A stretch of 64,000 nt of DNA from Mobula hypostoma (taxonomy: Eukaryota): assembly GCF_963921235.1 (NCBI RefSeq), contig NC_086108.1, forward strand, positions 106,084,001 to 106,148,000, read 5' to 3'. Position numbers and translations under genes: made by a program. Under the pieces are notes generated by a model. It had not been told where the DNA came from. It did not search any database and was given only the letters and a program-made list of their open reading frames with translations. How positions within the stretch are numbered: the first letter of the stretch is position 1; each line of letters begins with the position of its first letter. Positions 36,160-48,584 of the stretch are shown one piece after another.

Positions 36160-37250
36160 TCTTCCATCTTCCTCATGGTTAGTCACTCGGGGTCGCAGTG
36201 GACTTCCTTCCACTCCATTCTTTTGGGACCTGAGATGGCTGAAGGTCCCAGTAAGGGCTCTACAGATTCTTTCACAGATGGCGTTTAATGGCGTGGCCAG
36301 GTATATAGCTCTGGAGGTCAGATTCTTACTCAGACTCAGATTCATTTATTTATGACATGTACATCGAAACATGTGCAATGCACTGTCTGCATTAACAACC
36401 AGCTCAACCTAAGGATGTGCTGGAGGCAGCCCACAAGTGTCACCACATATTCCAGCGCCAACCTTGCATTCCCACAAAAGTCAGGAGAGCATCACAGAAC
36501 ACAACAAACAACAAAACAACAACAGCGAAACAACAAGTTTCATGACATATGTCAGTGATAATAAACCTGATTCTGTTTCTGATTCTGATTCAGCAAAACA
36601 AGCCCCTTTCCTACCCATCCACACCCCCCCCCCCGCCACATCATACAACACAATCACATAGACGGTCCTCCAAACCAAGAACAGGCCTTTGGACAGCAGG
36701 CCTCCAACTTCCACAGTGGACCTCGGGATTGTAGACCCAGGACTTCGGCCATCAGGCTTTATTTCCGGACTTCCGATGGAGCTTTGGACTTTAATCATTG
36801 CTATTGACATCAACACTAGCCAATGATGGGACCACAAGCTCTGAACCACAAACTCCGGACTTGACAACTTGTATACCTAAGGGGTCACCGGCTCTCATGC
36901 CCCCTGCTCACCTGGAAATCTGATCCTGAGACCCACTAAGCTGGATGGTGTCCACATGGTATCTATGTCGAGGCACAAGGCTCTTGTCAAATACTCCTTT
37001 CCTAGCTTGTACAGCCAGGGGCCAGGGACTCCCATGAGTCAGTAAGTACTTTAGATTTTTTTTTTAAAGGAGGGCTTGAGAACGTCTTTGAAGAACTTCT
37101 TCACCCTTCCGGAAATCTCTTGCTGTGAAGGAGTCTGGAGCAGAGTATATCTTTCTGATGTCAGGGTCAGATGTACAGAAGATGTGTCTGGGTGTAAGTA
37201 AAGTTTGGACACAGAGAGACTGGCTTGGAAAAGGACCAGACACTGACTCA
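36160..37250 (-). mobile_element. Old RTE-BovB-like 3' fragment, split by insertions
   Basis: ICERICRALTGTFSHLRS (C-terminal cysteine/histidine motif) and GRVKKFFKDVLKPSFKK. Confidence 0.55.
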
Positions 37251-37264
37251 CTTGTCCTGACAAT

Positions 37265-38110
37265 AAATCCCCCTCCCCTTCTCCCTTTTTCATTTCCCTA
37301 TTCTCGCTCTCTTCTTACCCATTCTTTTCTTTACACCTGCCCATCATCTCACTCTGGTGGCCCGTCATCTTTCATTTCTTCCATAGTCCGCTCTCCTTCC
37401 CTACCAGATTCCTTCTTCTTTGGCTCCTTTATTTTTTCCACCTATCATCTCTTAGCTTCTCATTTCATTCCCTTCCCCCTCACCTGGTCTCACCTATCAC
37501 CTGCTGGCATACTCCTTCTCCTCCATCTACCTTCTTCCCCACCTCCTTCGCAGACCTGATGACTGGTCTTGGCCTGAAATGTCAGCTCTTTATTCCTCTC
37601 CACAGATGCTGCCTGGCCTGCTGAGTTCCTCCGGAATTTTGTGCGCATTACTCTGGATTTCTAGCAACGGAAGAATCTGTTATGTTTATGATTGGTGTTT
37701 CCAAAACGTGTATTGGTTACCACATGATTGAGGGATATCAGTGGGTATAATAATGCTTCCCTTATTCCCACTCTGGATTTTTACCTCTTCTCACTCACCT
37801 ATTACTTCCCCCGGGTCTCCTCCTCCTTCCCTTTCTCCTATAGTCCACTCCACTCTCCTATCAGATTCCTTCTTCTCCAGCCTTTGACCTTTCCCACCCA
37901 CCTGGCTTCGCCTATCACCTTCCATCTAGCCTCCTTCCCCTCCTTTTATTCTAACATCTTCCCTCTTCCTTCTCAGTCTTGAAGAAGGGGCTCGGCTTGA
38001 AAAGTCGACTGTTTACTCTTTTCCATAAATGCTGCCTGACCTGCTGAGTTTCTCCAGCAATTTATGTATGTTGCTTTGGGTTTCCAGCATCTAAAGTCTT
38101 TCTTGTGCCT
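37265..38110 (+). mobile_element. Two tandem PLE terminal repeats with hammerhead remnants
   Basis: agacCTGATGActggtcttggcctGAAAtgtc (~37552) and cagtcTTGAAGAaggggctcggcttGAAAaGTCgactg (~37974), each followed by gatgctgcctg..ctgctgagtt. Confidence 0.8.
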
Positions 38111-38599
38111 ATAATAAAGCTTTTAAGAACTATGAACGGTGGAAAATGTTAGAAACATTCTGTGGGTCGGGCAGCATCTATGAAGATAAATCAGAGTTAA
38201 CACTTCATTTAATGATCTTCCATTTGAACTGCAAAATCCAGAAAAAAAGTGTTTCATGCTGCAGAAGGGGGGAGGGTGGGGAGAAGAAAAGATGGAGATC
38301 AAATTTATCCAAACGACTTTCATTACCATCCTATTGATCTGCATACACAGAGGGAGGTGAATGAGGAAAATTTAATTAGAATGCTGGAACTGTCAAATGT
38401 AAAACACAGCAAAAGCTGGAACTCAGAAATGAAAGAGACTGTAAAAGGATCCCAGCTAGTCAACCTGCAGCTGTAAAGAGAGGGAAATCCGCATTCATAT
38501 TACAGCAGGTGACCCCGTTGCAGAAATGATTGTCAGCCCTAAAATGAGGAAGCTGCGTAACTGTAACAGTTAAATATAACAGTAAGTCCTAAGTGCAAC

Positions 38600-40220
38600 A
38601 GTGTGCCTGAACAATAAGCTTTCCCTGAATACCAGGAAAAGAAATAAGCTGCTCACTCACTTCAGGAAGGAGGGTGATGCACATATCAAGAGCGTTGAGG
38701 ATGAGAGGGTTGACAGCTTCCAGTTCCTACGAGTGAACATCACAAATAGCCTGTCTTCGTCCACCCATCAGGAAAGCTCACCAGCACCTCGGCTTGAGGA
38801 GGTGAAAGAAAGTTGCATGGCCCAGTGCCCCTTATCAATTTCCATCCACATACCATAGGAAGCATCCTATCTGGAGGTGTCATGGCTTGGTCTGGCAACT
38901 GCTCTGATTGTGACCACAAGAAACTAATGAGAGTCATGGACCTTCAAAACCAGAATCAGAATCAGGTTTGGTATCACTGGCATGTCGTGAAGTTTGTTGT
39001 TGTACAGCAGCAATACTTTGCAATGCATAATAACAAAAACTGTAAATTACATTACGGATTATACTTATATGTGTGTGTGTCTTAAATTGAATAAGTAGTG
39101 CAAAAAGGAAAAGAATTAGTGAGGTAGTGTTCATTTTACAGCATCCTCTCATAGTGAGGAGAGGAGAAGATGGTGGCGCGACGCAGTGCGCAGCGGCCAC
39201 TCCGGTGGTGATGTCTGTTATCTGTCAAGTAGGGGGCCGTGCACAATCCTGATTTGATGGAGGCAGATGTGAGAGCAGGGAGGAACACCTGGTGAAACTT
39301 CCGAAATGCCTGTTTTGCTGCCGCTGCTACTGTGTGATCCAGAATCTCCGGAGGGGAAGGCCCCGAGTCCTCGGCTTTATTTGTTGCTCGGCGGCCGGGG
39401 CGGGATCGAAGCGCTTGGCAGAGATGGTCCTCGGTGCTTGGTGTCGGAGGGCTGGTCGGAGGCTCGAATTTTCCGGACGGACTCGGAGTCGTCTGTGTTC
39501 GGGTGCTTCCAGGGCGCTGCATCGGCAAGTTTGCGGTGCTGGAAGTTCATGGCAGGGAGAGTTTTTCTCCCTTCTACCGTCTGCATGAGATGATGGGGCT
39601 ATCGAGACTTGAGGCTTTTTTTTACCGTGCCCATGGTCTGCTCTTTATCAAACTATGGTATTGCGTGACACTGTTGTAACTAGATGTTATAATTATGTGG
39701 TTTTTGTCAGTTTTATTCTTGATCTGTCCTGTGTTTCTGTGATATCACACTGAAGGAACATTATATCATTTTTTAATGCATGCATTTCTAAATGACAATA
39801 AACGAGGACTGAGTGTCCTCATAATCTAATCTAATCTAATATTACAGATACAAGCCTCCCTTCCATAGACTCTGTCTATACTTCTGGCTGCCTGAGTGTA
39901 GGAGCCACCAGCATAATCAAAGTCTTAATCCGTGGTGGACAACCTCCCTTCTTCTTTCTCCCACCAAAGTCTGAATGCATGTACCACTGTGATCAAGGAC
40001 AGCTTCTACCCCACAGTTTAGAAGGCAATTAAATAGTGTCCCAGTACAATAAATTGGACCCTTGACCTCACAGTCTAACCTGTAATGATCATGCATTTTA
40101 TTGTTTGCCTGTAATGGACGTTCCCTGGTGCTGTTACACTTTATTCTGCATTCTGTTATTGTTTTACCATGTCCTACCTCAATGCACTGTGGTACGATCG
40201 GATCTGTATGAACAGTTAAT
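38600..40220 (+). mobile_element. Degenerate Rex1/Babar, split by nested elements at ~38945-39840
   Basis: CLNNKLSLNTRK..VDSFQFLRVNITNSLS; SILSGGVMAWSGNC; resumes at ~39841 (caagcctcccttccatagac). Confidence 0.7.
39157..39840 (+). mobile_element. Non-autonomous retroelement, copy 3 (related subfamily)
   Basis: gaggagaagatggtggcg start; shares cctgatttgatggag, catggcagggagagttttt and aatgacaataaa with 2812-3430; (AATCT)n tail. Confidence 0.82.
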
Positions 40221-40744
40221 CAGCTTTTCACTACTTGGTCCAGGAGACCACTCCAAGGAATACAGTGCAGTTCTGTGTGCTCAATTGCTCAACAACAGCT
40301 GCTTCTGCACTGCCATCAGGTTCTTGAATTCACCTCAAAAACCTTAATGGCATCATGGACTTGCACAATACTCTTTGTTCTCTCCCAGCTTGCACTCGTG
40401 TTCATCTGTTTATGTGGTCCTCTACTTCTGTGCAAGTTATATACTGTATAATTTATGTTAATTTAAGTTTATGTTAACTTGTCTTGCAATGTGCTGCTTA
40501 TGCCAAAAGCTAATTTCTTGGCATATCTCCCTTGCGTATGTAAGCCTGTGGCAATAAACTTGAACTTGTACATTGGATTTCATTAGAACAATAGAGAAGA
40601 CGAATGACAGAGAGGTAAGGTTGGGAATGGGAGGGAAGGTTGAAGTGTCCCATAACTAGAAGCCCAGTTTCTCACCTGCGTTTTTGAATGGAGATTTTTA
40701 TAACCAAATGTTCACCCCTCTGCATTTGGTTTACACCAAAGTAG

Positions 40745-41410
40745 ACAAAAGACAATAGGTGCAGGAGTAGGCCATTCAGCCCTTTGAGCCAGCACCGCCA
40801 TTCACTGTGATCATGGCTGATCATCCACAATCAGTATACAGTTCCTGCCTTATCCCCATAACCTTTGATTCTGCTATCTTTAAGAGCTCTATCCATCTCT
40901 TTCTTGAAAACATCCAGAGATTTGGCCTCCACTGCCTTCTGGGGCAGAGCATTCCACATATCCACCACTCTCTGGGTGAAAAAGTTTTTCCTCAACTCCG
41001 TTCTAAATGGCCTACCCCTTATTCTTAAACTGTGGCCTCTAGTTCTGGACTCACCCATCAGCGGGAACATGCTTCCTGCCTCCAGTGTGTCCAATCCCTT
41101 AATAATCTTATATGTTTCAATAAGATCCCTTCTCAGCCTTCTAAATTCCAGAGTGTACAAGCCCAGTCGCTCCAATCTTTCGACATATGACAGTCCCGCC
41201 ATCCCGGGAATTAACCTTGTGAACCTATGCTGCACTCCCCTCAATAGCAAGAATGTCCTTCCTCAAAGTTGGAGACCAAAACTTTACACAATACTCCAGG
41301 TGTGGTCTCACCAGGGCCCTGTACAGCTGCAGAAGGACCTCTTTGCTCTTGTACTCAATTCCCCTTGTTATGAAGGCCAGCATGCCATTAGCTTTCTTCA
41401 CAGCCTGCTG
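40745..41410 (-). mobile_element. CR1 3' fragment
   Basis: AVKKANGMLAFITRGIEYKSKEVLLQLY; RLERLGLYTLEFRRLRRDLIE. Confidence 0.93.
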
Positions 41411-41504
41411 AGTAGTAGAGATCCTGTCATGAACACGGAATCCAGGTGACCCCTGTGTTACAAGAATGCAGGGAGTAGGGGGGAGGAGGTCCAAATCATG
41501 GAGA

Positions 41505-42240
41505 CACAAGAAAATGCAGATATGCAGATGCTGGAGATCTGGAACAACACACAAAAAGCTGAAGGAACTCAGTGGGCCAAGCAGCATCTAAGGAGGGAAA
41601 TGGACAATGACATCTTGGCTTGAGACTGTTCATCAGGACTGAGGAAGAAACAGGACGCTTGGGATTGGGGAATGATGAGGGTGTTTGTTGTACAGAGGAC
41701 ATATTTGGAGGTGATTGGGTTGATGGGGGTGCGGGAGACAGTGGCCTCGTCCTTCTAGTGCGGTCCTGGTCCAGGGGTGTGTAAGAGGAGGTGTCTGAGA
41801 GCTGTTGGCTTGTCTCGGCAAGATAGAGGTAAGTCCACCAGACCAGAATGTCACTGTCGTGTCTGCAGGTTTAACGGCGAGGCTGAGATTGGTGCAGAAA
41901 GAGGGCATGCAGAGGGAGTGACGTTGGAGTAGGTGAAGGGAACGGTCAAGTCAAGATGGTTAATGTCCATCAGGAGGTAGAGATGGGTAGATCTAGAGTG
42001 GAACAAAGGCAAGAGCAGGGAGACGAAGAGCAGGAGGAAGGCTTGAGATGGGAGAAGGGTTCATCGGTGAGGAGTGGAATGGGGAATACTTGCCGAAGAA
42101 ATAGATGTGGAAGCAGAAAAGACAGAAAACAGATTGGGCTTATGGTGGGCACAGAACTCGTCGAGGTGCGTGTGCAGGGTGGTGAAGGTAAGTCCCCTGC
42201 TGAGGATAGCACAGGTTTGTCCGTAATGGGAAACTACATC
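41505..42240 (-). mobile_element. Internally deleted Penelope-like element (RT N-terminal remnant joined to the terminal repeat)
   Basis: NLSLAVKPAD (PLE IKPADKG motif) followed by a frameshifted LYLAE..QLSDTSSY; terminal repeat at 41505-41650 including ttcatcaggactg. Confidence 0.7.
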
Positions 42241-43035
42241 ACATGCACCCGACCATGCCAGCTTCCAGGGTTTAGACTCTCCAGTTCTCCTGAGCATGCC
42301 TAGCTGGCAAGGTCCCTTTAAAGATTTAGGCCCACTCCGCTAATTGACAGCCGTGTTTTGGAGCCAGGATTTTAATATTTAAAAATAACCTGCGCTAAGG
42401 CTGGGTGCTCATTAGTCAGCTCAACTGTAGGTCAGCCAGCGATGGCGTTTTGGATTTCTGTCTCGTTTGGACTCTCATCTATCACCCTGTTCTTATCTCA
42501 ATCTTGGAATTGTGCCTTGATTCTAGTCCCAAATACTCCAGTGTTTGGGTACTTACCATCCTTGCCTTGGCCTCTCTGACACAATTTGCACGTGTCAAGG
42601 AATGCTAGTTGGAAAGAAACTGTGTTCATTCATTTACAGACGTTTTAACATAAAATCAATGGGAGCGAATATTATTCTATAATTCAAATTTTTGGGACTG
42701 GTGGTTAATGAAGTCTCTAAGGACAAATTTTTATTCCCTGTGTGATGGCAACCAAGAGTGTTGCTTGCACAATCCTATAAAATACAAGAATAAATTATTG
42801 CCTTGTAGATTCATTGCCACAGAGTCAATGGGTATAATTAAAGCAGAGGTTGATAGATTCTTGATCAGTCAGGGTATCAAAGGGTATGGGAAGAGAGCAG
42901 GAGAATTGGGTTAGGAGACATCATAAATCAGGCATAATTGAATGGCGGAGCAGACTCAATGGTCTGAATGACTTAATTCTATGTCCCTTTCCTATGACCT
43001 TACGGACTCCTGGATGGACTGCTGAGTGTTTCGAT

Positions 43036-43895
43036 GGTGGCAATGAACTGAATCACCACGAGGAAATTCCAATACTCAAAGTTCAAAGATTCAAAGTACA
43101 TTTATTATCAAAGAATGCATGTAGTATAGATTGGTCTTCCCACAGACAGCCATGAAACAAAGCAACACCAAAAGAAAAACATCAAAACCCAATGCGCAAT
43201 GAACAAATCATACAAACGGCATCCAAAAACAAATACAGAATATAAGACATCAAACTTAATCATTGAAACAGTCCAGGAATAATATTCTACTCAGTTCAGT
43301 TTAATCCAGTGCCATGTAGTTTGTTGACGGCAGATCGCAGCACCACTCCACCCTGATCAAAATCACACAATATAGCAACTAAAAGGAGCAAACAGAAACC
43401 AGAAACATATCACAACATGAACTACAGAGTCCAATCCACAAACTGCACCGATTAAAACCATAATACCATAAGATATAGGAGCAGAATTAGGCCATTTGAC
43501 ACAACAAGTCTGCCTTTTCATTTCATCATGGCTGATTCATTTTTCCTCTCAGCCTTCTCATCCCCCCCCCCCCCACTCCCACCGTTGCCTGCAGTCAACA
43601 AACTACACGGCACTGGATTAAACTGAACTGAGCAGAATATTATTCCTGGACTGTTTAATGATTAGGTTTGATGTCTTATATTCTGTATTCGTTTTTGGAT
43701 GCTGTTTGCATGATTTGTTCATTGCGCATTGGGTTTTGATATTTTTCTTTTGATGTTTCTTTGTTTTTGTGGCTGTCTGTGGGAAGACCAGTCTCAGGGT
43801 TCTATATCGCACACATTCTTTGATAATAAATGTACTTTGAATCTTTGAATTTTGAAGGTTGGAATTCCTTCCTGGTGACTCAGTTCATTGCTACC
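43036..43895. repeat. ~300-bp inverted duplication (arms 43036-43333 and 43589-43895)
   Basis: The arms are diverged reverse complements and include ~40 bp of flank beyond the LINE-tail repeat. Confidence 0.85.
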
Positions 43896-44485
43896 TTTAT
43901 GCCCTGACTGATCAAGAATCTATCAACCTCTGCTTTAAATATACATAAATGCTTGAACTCCAGGGCTACCTGTGGCAACAAATTCCACGGATTCACCTCT
44001 GTTCTGGCTAAAGAAATTCCTCCTCATCTTCATTCTAAAGGGATGCCCCTCTATTTTAAGGCAGTGACTTCTGGTCAGACACTCCGACCTAAACATCCTC
44101 ACCACATCCACTCTAACAAGGCCTTTCACCATTCGAAAGGTTTCAATTAGATCACCCCTATTCTCCTAAATTCCAGTGATACAGACCCAGAGCCATCAAA
44201 CACTCCCTTTGTATGACAAACCCATTAATCCTGGAATCACTTTTCTGATCCTCCTTTGAACCCTCTCCAACCTCAGCACATCCTTTCTAAGATAAGGGGC
44301 CCAAATCTGCTCACAATACTTCAAGAGAGGGCTCACCAGTGCTTTATAAAGTCTAAACATTACATCCTTACTTTAATTTTCAATTCTTCTTGAATTGAAT
44401 GCTAACATTGCATTTGCCTTCCTCACCACAGACTCAACCTGCAAATTAACCTTTAGGAAATCCTGCACAAGGACTCCCAAAGCCC
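43455..44485 (-). mobile_element. Degenerate CR1 3' portion
   Basis: TRSHCLKIEGHPFRMKMRRNFF; colinear with 59495-60210. Confidence 0.82.
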
Positions 44486-44559
44486 AAAACTCTGGCAGCA
44501 TCAAGCGAGAGGGAGAGACACCGTCACCTGCAGGCAGACAGTGCTGAAACGCCAGTTGA

Positions 44560-45020
44560 AAGAGAGAGGACCTGAGAAGGACGGTCAGCGTTAGGCAGTT
44601 TTGGGCCTGTACTCACTGGAATTTAGAAGAATGCAGGGGGATCTCATTGAAACCTACTGAATGTTGAAAGGACTATGTCGGGTGGATGTAGAGAGGATGT
44701 TTCCTGTGGTGGGGTATCCAGAACTAGAGGGCACAGCCTCAAAATTGAGGGGCAACTCCTTAGAACGGAGGTAAATAGGAATTTATTTAGCCAGAAAATA
44801 GTGAATCTGTGGAATGCACTGCCACAGACTCCAGTGGAGGCCAAATCTGTGGGTATATTTAAGGCAGAATTTGATCGCTTCCTGATTGGTCAGGGCATCA
44901 AAGGATATGGCGAGAAAACAGGTGTATGGAGTTGAGTGGGATCTGGGATCAGCCATGATGCAATGGCCGAGCAGACTTGATGGGCTGAATGGCCTATGCT
45001 TTATGATCTTATGGTCTAAT
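44560..45020 (+). mobile_element. CR1 3' end
   Basis: SRTRGHSLKIEGQLLRTEVNRNLFSQKIVNLWNALP. Confidence 0.88.
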
Positions 45021-46104
45021 ATACAGTATAGACTTACAGAGGCATAGCTGGTTAACAAAAATCTGATGAAGGAACTCAGCAGGTCTAGTATCATCTGCTG
45101 GGAGGAAGCCATGGTCGATGTTTCAGATCAAAACCTCACCTGAAACATCAACAATTGCTTTCAAAGATTGCATATTAAACCTCGGCTTTATTTGTCACCT
45201 GTACATTGAACCATGCAGTGAAATATGTCATTTGCATCAATGACCAACACATCAGGGGATGTGTTGGGGACAGCCCACAAGTATTGTCATGCTTCAAGTG
45301 TCTACAGCTTGCTGACTCTAACCCCTACATCTTATGGAATATGGTGGAAAATGGAGCACCCAGGGGAAACCCACATGGTCACAGAGAAGGACCATTAGGT
45401 GAGAAGTTACAGGAGGATGATTAGGCCATTTGGCCCATTGAGTCTGCTCCACCATTCCATCATGGTTGATTTATTATCCCTCTCAATCCCATTCCCCCGC
45501 CTTCGCCCCTTAAACATTGATGTCCTTCACAGTCATCTGTGGCAATGTATTCCACAAATTCACCAACCTCTGGCTAAAGAAATTCCTCGTTAACTCTGAT
45601 CTAAAGGGATGTCATTGTATTCTGAGTCAGTGCCCTCTGGTCCTAGACTCCCCCATTATAAGAAACGTCCTCTCCCTATGCTTTTCACTGTTCCATCATA
45701 CAAACTGCTTACAGACAGCAGTGGGAATTGAACTCCAATCTTCTGACCGCTGTTGATGTAAAACATGATGCTAAGCGCCACATTACCAGGCTGCCCACAG
45801 TTGACACTTGACCCAGGGTTCCTCGAACAGATCACTTGCTTGCTCCAGATTCCAGCATCTGCAGTCTCTTGTGTCTTGGATGTTCTACCAAACACAATCT
45901 CCAGGCATACAGTAGCTTGTTCTTCTTTCCCATGGATACATTTCTTGCGCCTCAAGGGTTTGTCCACCATCCTGATTTGGGCGGGAAATTCACCGATATT
46001 CTTAAGAAAATCTAAATTCAGTCAATTAATTCCACCTAACTTGGCTTATTGTCTCAAGACCCTCCTCAAGGAGTTTGAATCTTTACCTAGCCACACTGAA
46101 AATA

Positions 46105-46669
46105 CACGCACTAGTCACTTTATTAGGTAGACCTGTACGCCTGCTCGTTAATGTAAATTTCTAATCAACCAATCATGTGACAGCAACTCAATGCATAAAA
46201 GCATGCAGGCATGGTCAAGAGGTTCAGTTGTTGTTCAGATCAAACACCAGAATGGGGAAGAAAGGTGATCTAAGTTGCTTTGGACAGAGGATGATTGTTG
46301 TTTGTAGACAGGGTGGCTTAAGTATCTCCAAAACTGCAGATCTCCTGGGATTTTCATGCACGACTGTCTTTAGAGTTTACAGAGAATGGTGTGAAAAACA
46401 AAAAAAAAGACATCCAGTGAGCGGCAGTTCTGTAGGTGAAAACACTCTGTTAATGAGAGTGGTCAGAGTAGATCAAACTGGCAGGGGCATGACAGTAACT
46501 CAGATAACCATGCGTTACAACAGTGGTATGCAGAAGACCATCTCTGCACACGCATGTGTAACCTTGAAGGGGATGGGCTACAACACAAGAAGATCATGAA
46601 CATACAGAAATACACACAGTGGCTACTTTATTAGCTACCTCCTGTACCTAATAAAGTGGCCACTGAGTG
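46105..46669 (+). mobile_element. Internally deleted Tc1 with a terminal TIR hairpin
   Basis: MGKKGDLSCFGQRMIV..GGLSISKTADLLGFSCTTVFRVYREWCEKQK; hairpin at 46613-46669; flanked by TA. Confidence 0.92.
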
Positions 46670-47842
46670 TAAGTCACGGTATGCGATGTGTCACCCATCA
46701 GACGGAAAAAGGGCTCGGATGATTGACAACCCCCTGCCTATGAGCTTGGAGAGCAATAATATGTATCATGTCAAGGTGTCAAAGAGAACTGTGGGAAATA
46801 CAGCCGAGAATGATAGGAAAAGGCCTGTAGTTCAAATTTCTCCAACAACATCCTATTCCCTAGGAAATCTCACAGAGCTTACAATCTGAGGTACGCGTCT
46901 GAATCATTTGCTCTCTGTTGGAAGAGAAAACAGAAGTTGACATTCATTTTGCCGTTACATATGTCAACTTTTTTTTTTAAAAGCTGTCATTTTGTACTTT
47001 CAAAAATTGTTCCCTAAAGAAATCTCGGCAAATGCTTTCTCAGAGATTCAAGGATGAAGCCTGACCCAGCTTATTGCTGTTCTGGTCTTGAAACAGGCAA
47101 TAAAAGGCTCTACCCTGACACAAATATTAATTCAGGGTGAACTTATACTAAGGAGTATTAATGTATAGAAGTTTGGCTTGTTCCGTAAGTGATTTCTTTA
47201 TTGTGGTGGGAGAGGTGAATGTAGCTGGCCAGAAAGAGCTTTGCAATTTTAAATTGATTTATTTGCATGGTTTGCTTTTCCTGGGCTCAGGGGTTGAACA
47301 GATGTAAGTTGTGGCATTATTCAAACAAATTGCAGGACTTGGGAGTGCTCCTTAGGGCACGCACCTGGGTCAAATTTACAGAGACCTTGGGCTACGTGAG
47401 GGACAGTGGGAATGATTGGAACAGGGAACCATTTAGACATTGGACTCTGAACACTTTGTGGCAGGTTTCTTTCTTTCTCTCCTGAAACATCAGATGTACT
47501 TGCCCGCATCTGAAGGTCACCAAGATGGTGCAGGGGAGGTGCACTGGAATGTTGCTTGAGGTGGAATGTTTCCATTATGAGGAGCCTCTTGACAGGCTTT
47601 TTCATGAAGTGAAGGACCACCCTTCCAATATGTTTGATCTATTTTCCCTCTTAACCCCACTTTCCTGCCTTCTCTCTGTAACCTTTGATGCCCTAAATAA
47701 TTAAGAAGCTATCATTCTCCCCTTTAAATATACCCAATGACTTCGCCTCCATAACCATTTGTGGCAATGAATTCCACAGATTCACCACCCTCTGGCTAAA
47801 GAAAATCTTCATCACCTCTGTTCTCATTGGACATCCTTCTAC

Positions 47843-48400
47843 TGGTGTATTGTGTGCAGTTTTGGTCCCCTAATCTGAGGAAAGACGTTCTTGCCATAGA
47901 GGGAGTACAAAGCAGGTTCACCAGATTGATTCCTGGGATAGTAGGACTTTCATATGATGAAAGACTGGATCGACTAGGCTTATACTCTCTGGAATTTAGA
48001 AGATTGAGGGGGGATCTTATTGAAACATATAAAATCCTAAAGGGATTGGACAGGGTAGATGCAGGAAGATTGTTCCCGATGTTGGGGAAGTCCAGAACGA
48101 GGGGTCACAGCTTGAGGATAAAGGGGAAGCCTTTTAGGACCGAGATTAGGAAAAACTTCTTCACACAGAGAGTGGTGAATCTGTGGAATTCTCTGCCACA
48201 GGAAACAGTTGAGGCTAGTTCATTGGCTATACTTAAGAGCGAGTTAGATATGGCCCTTGTGGCTAAAGAGATCAGGGGGTATGGAGGGAAGGCAGGTACA
48301 GGGTTCTGAGTTGGATGATCAGCCATGATCATACTGAATGGCGGTGCAGGCTTGAAGGGCCGAATGGCCTACTCCTGTACCTATTTTCTATGTTTCAATG
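47843..48400 (+). mobile_element. Young-family CR1 3' end nested in an older antisense CR1 (~47640-48580)
   Basis: ORF 47827..48309 nearly identical to the end of ORF 13582..14520. Confidence 0.93.
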
Positions 48401-48584
48401 TTTTACTCTGGGGCTAGGCTCTTGTCCAAGACTCTCCCACTATTGGAAATATCTTTTGCATGTCCACTCTTTCTAGGCATTTCAATATTCAGTAGCTTTG
48501 AATTAGAATCCAGCTGGATCCCATTCTATTAAACTCCAACAAGCACAGACCCATAGATGTCAAACGCTCTACACATATTACCGT

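Noticed and set aside
45061..45085. ctgatgaagg as an extra hammerhead core
   Set aside because: It is a mutated ctggaggaactcagc of a minus-strand PLE repeat, with no stem II or GAAA in register
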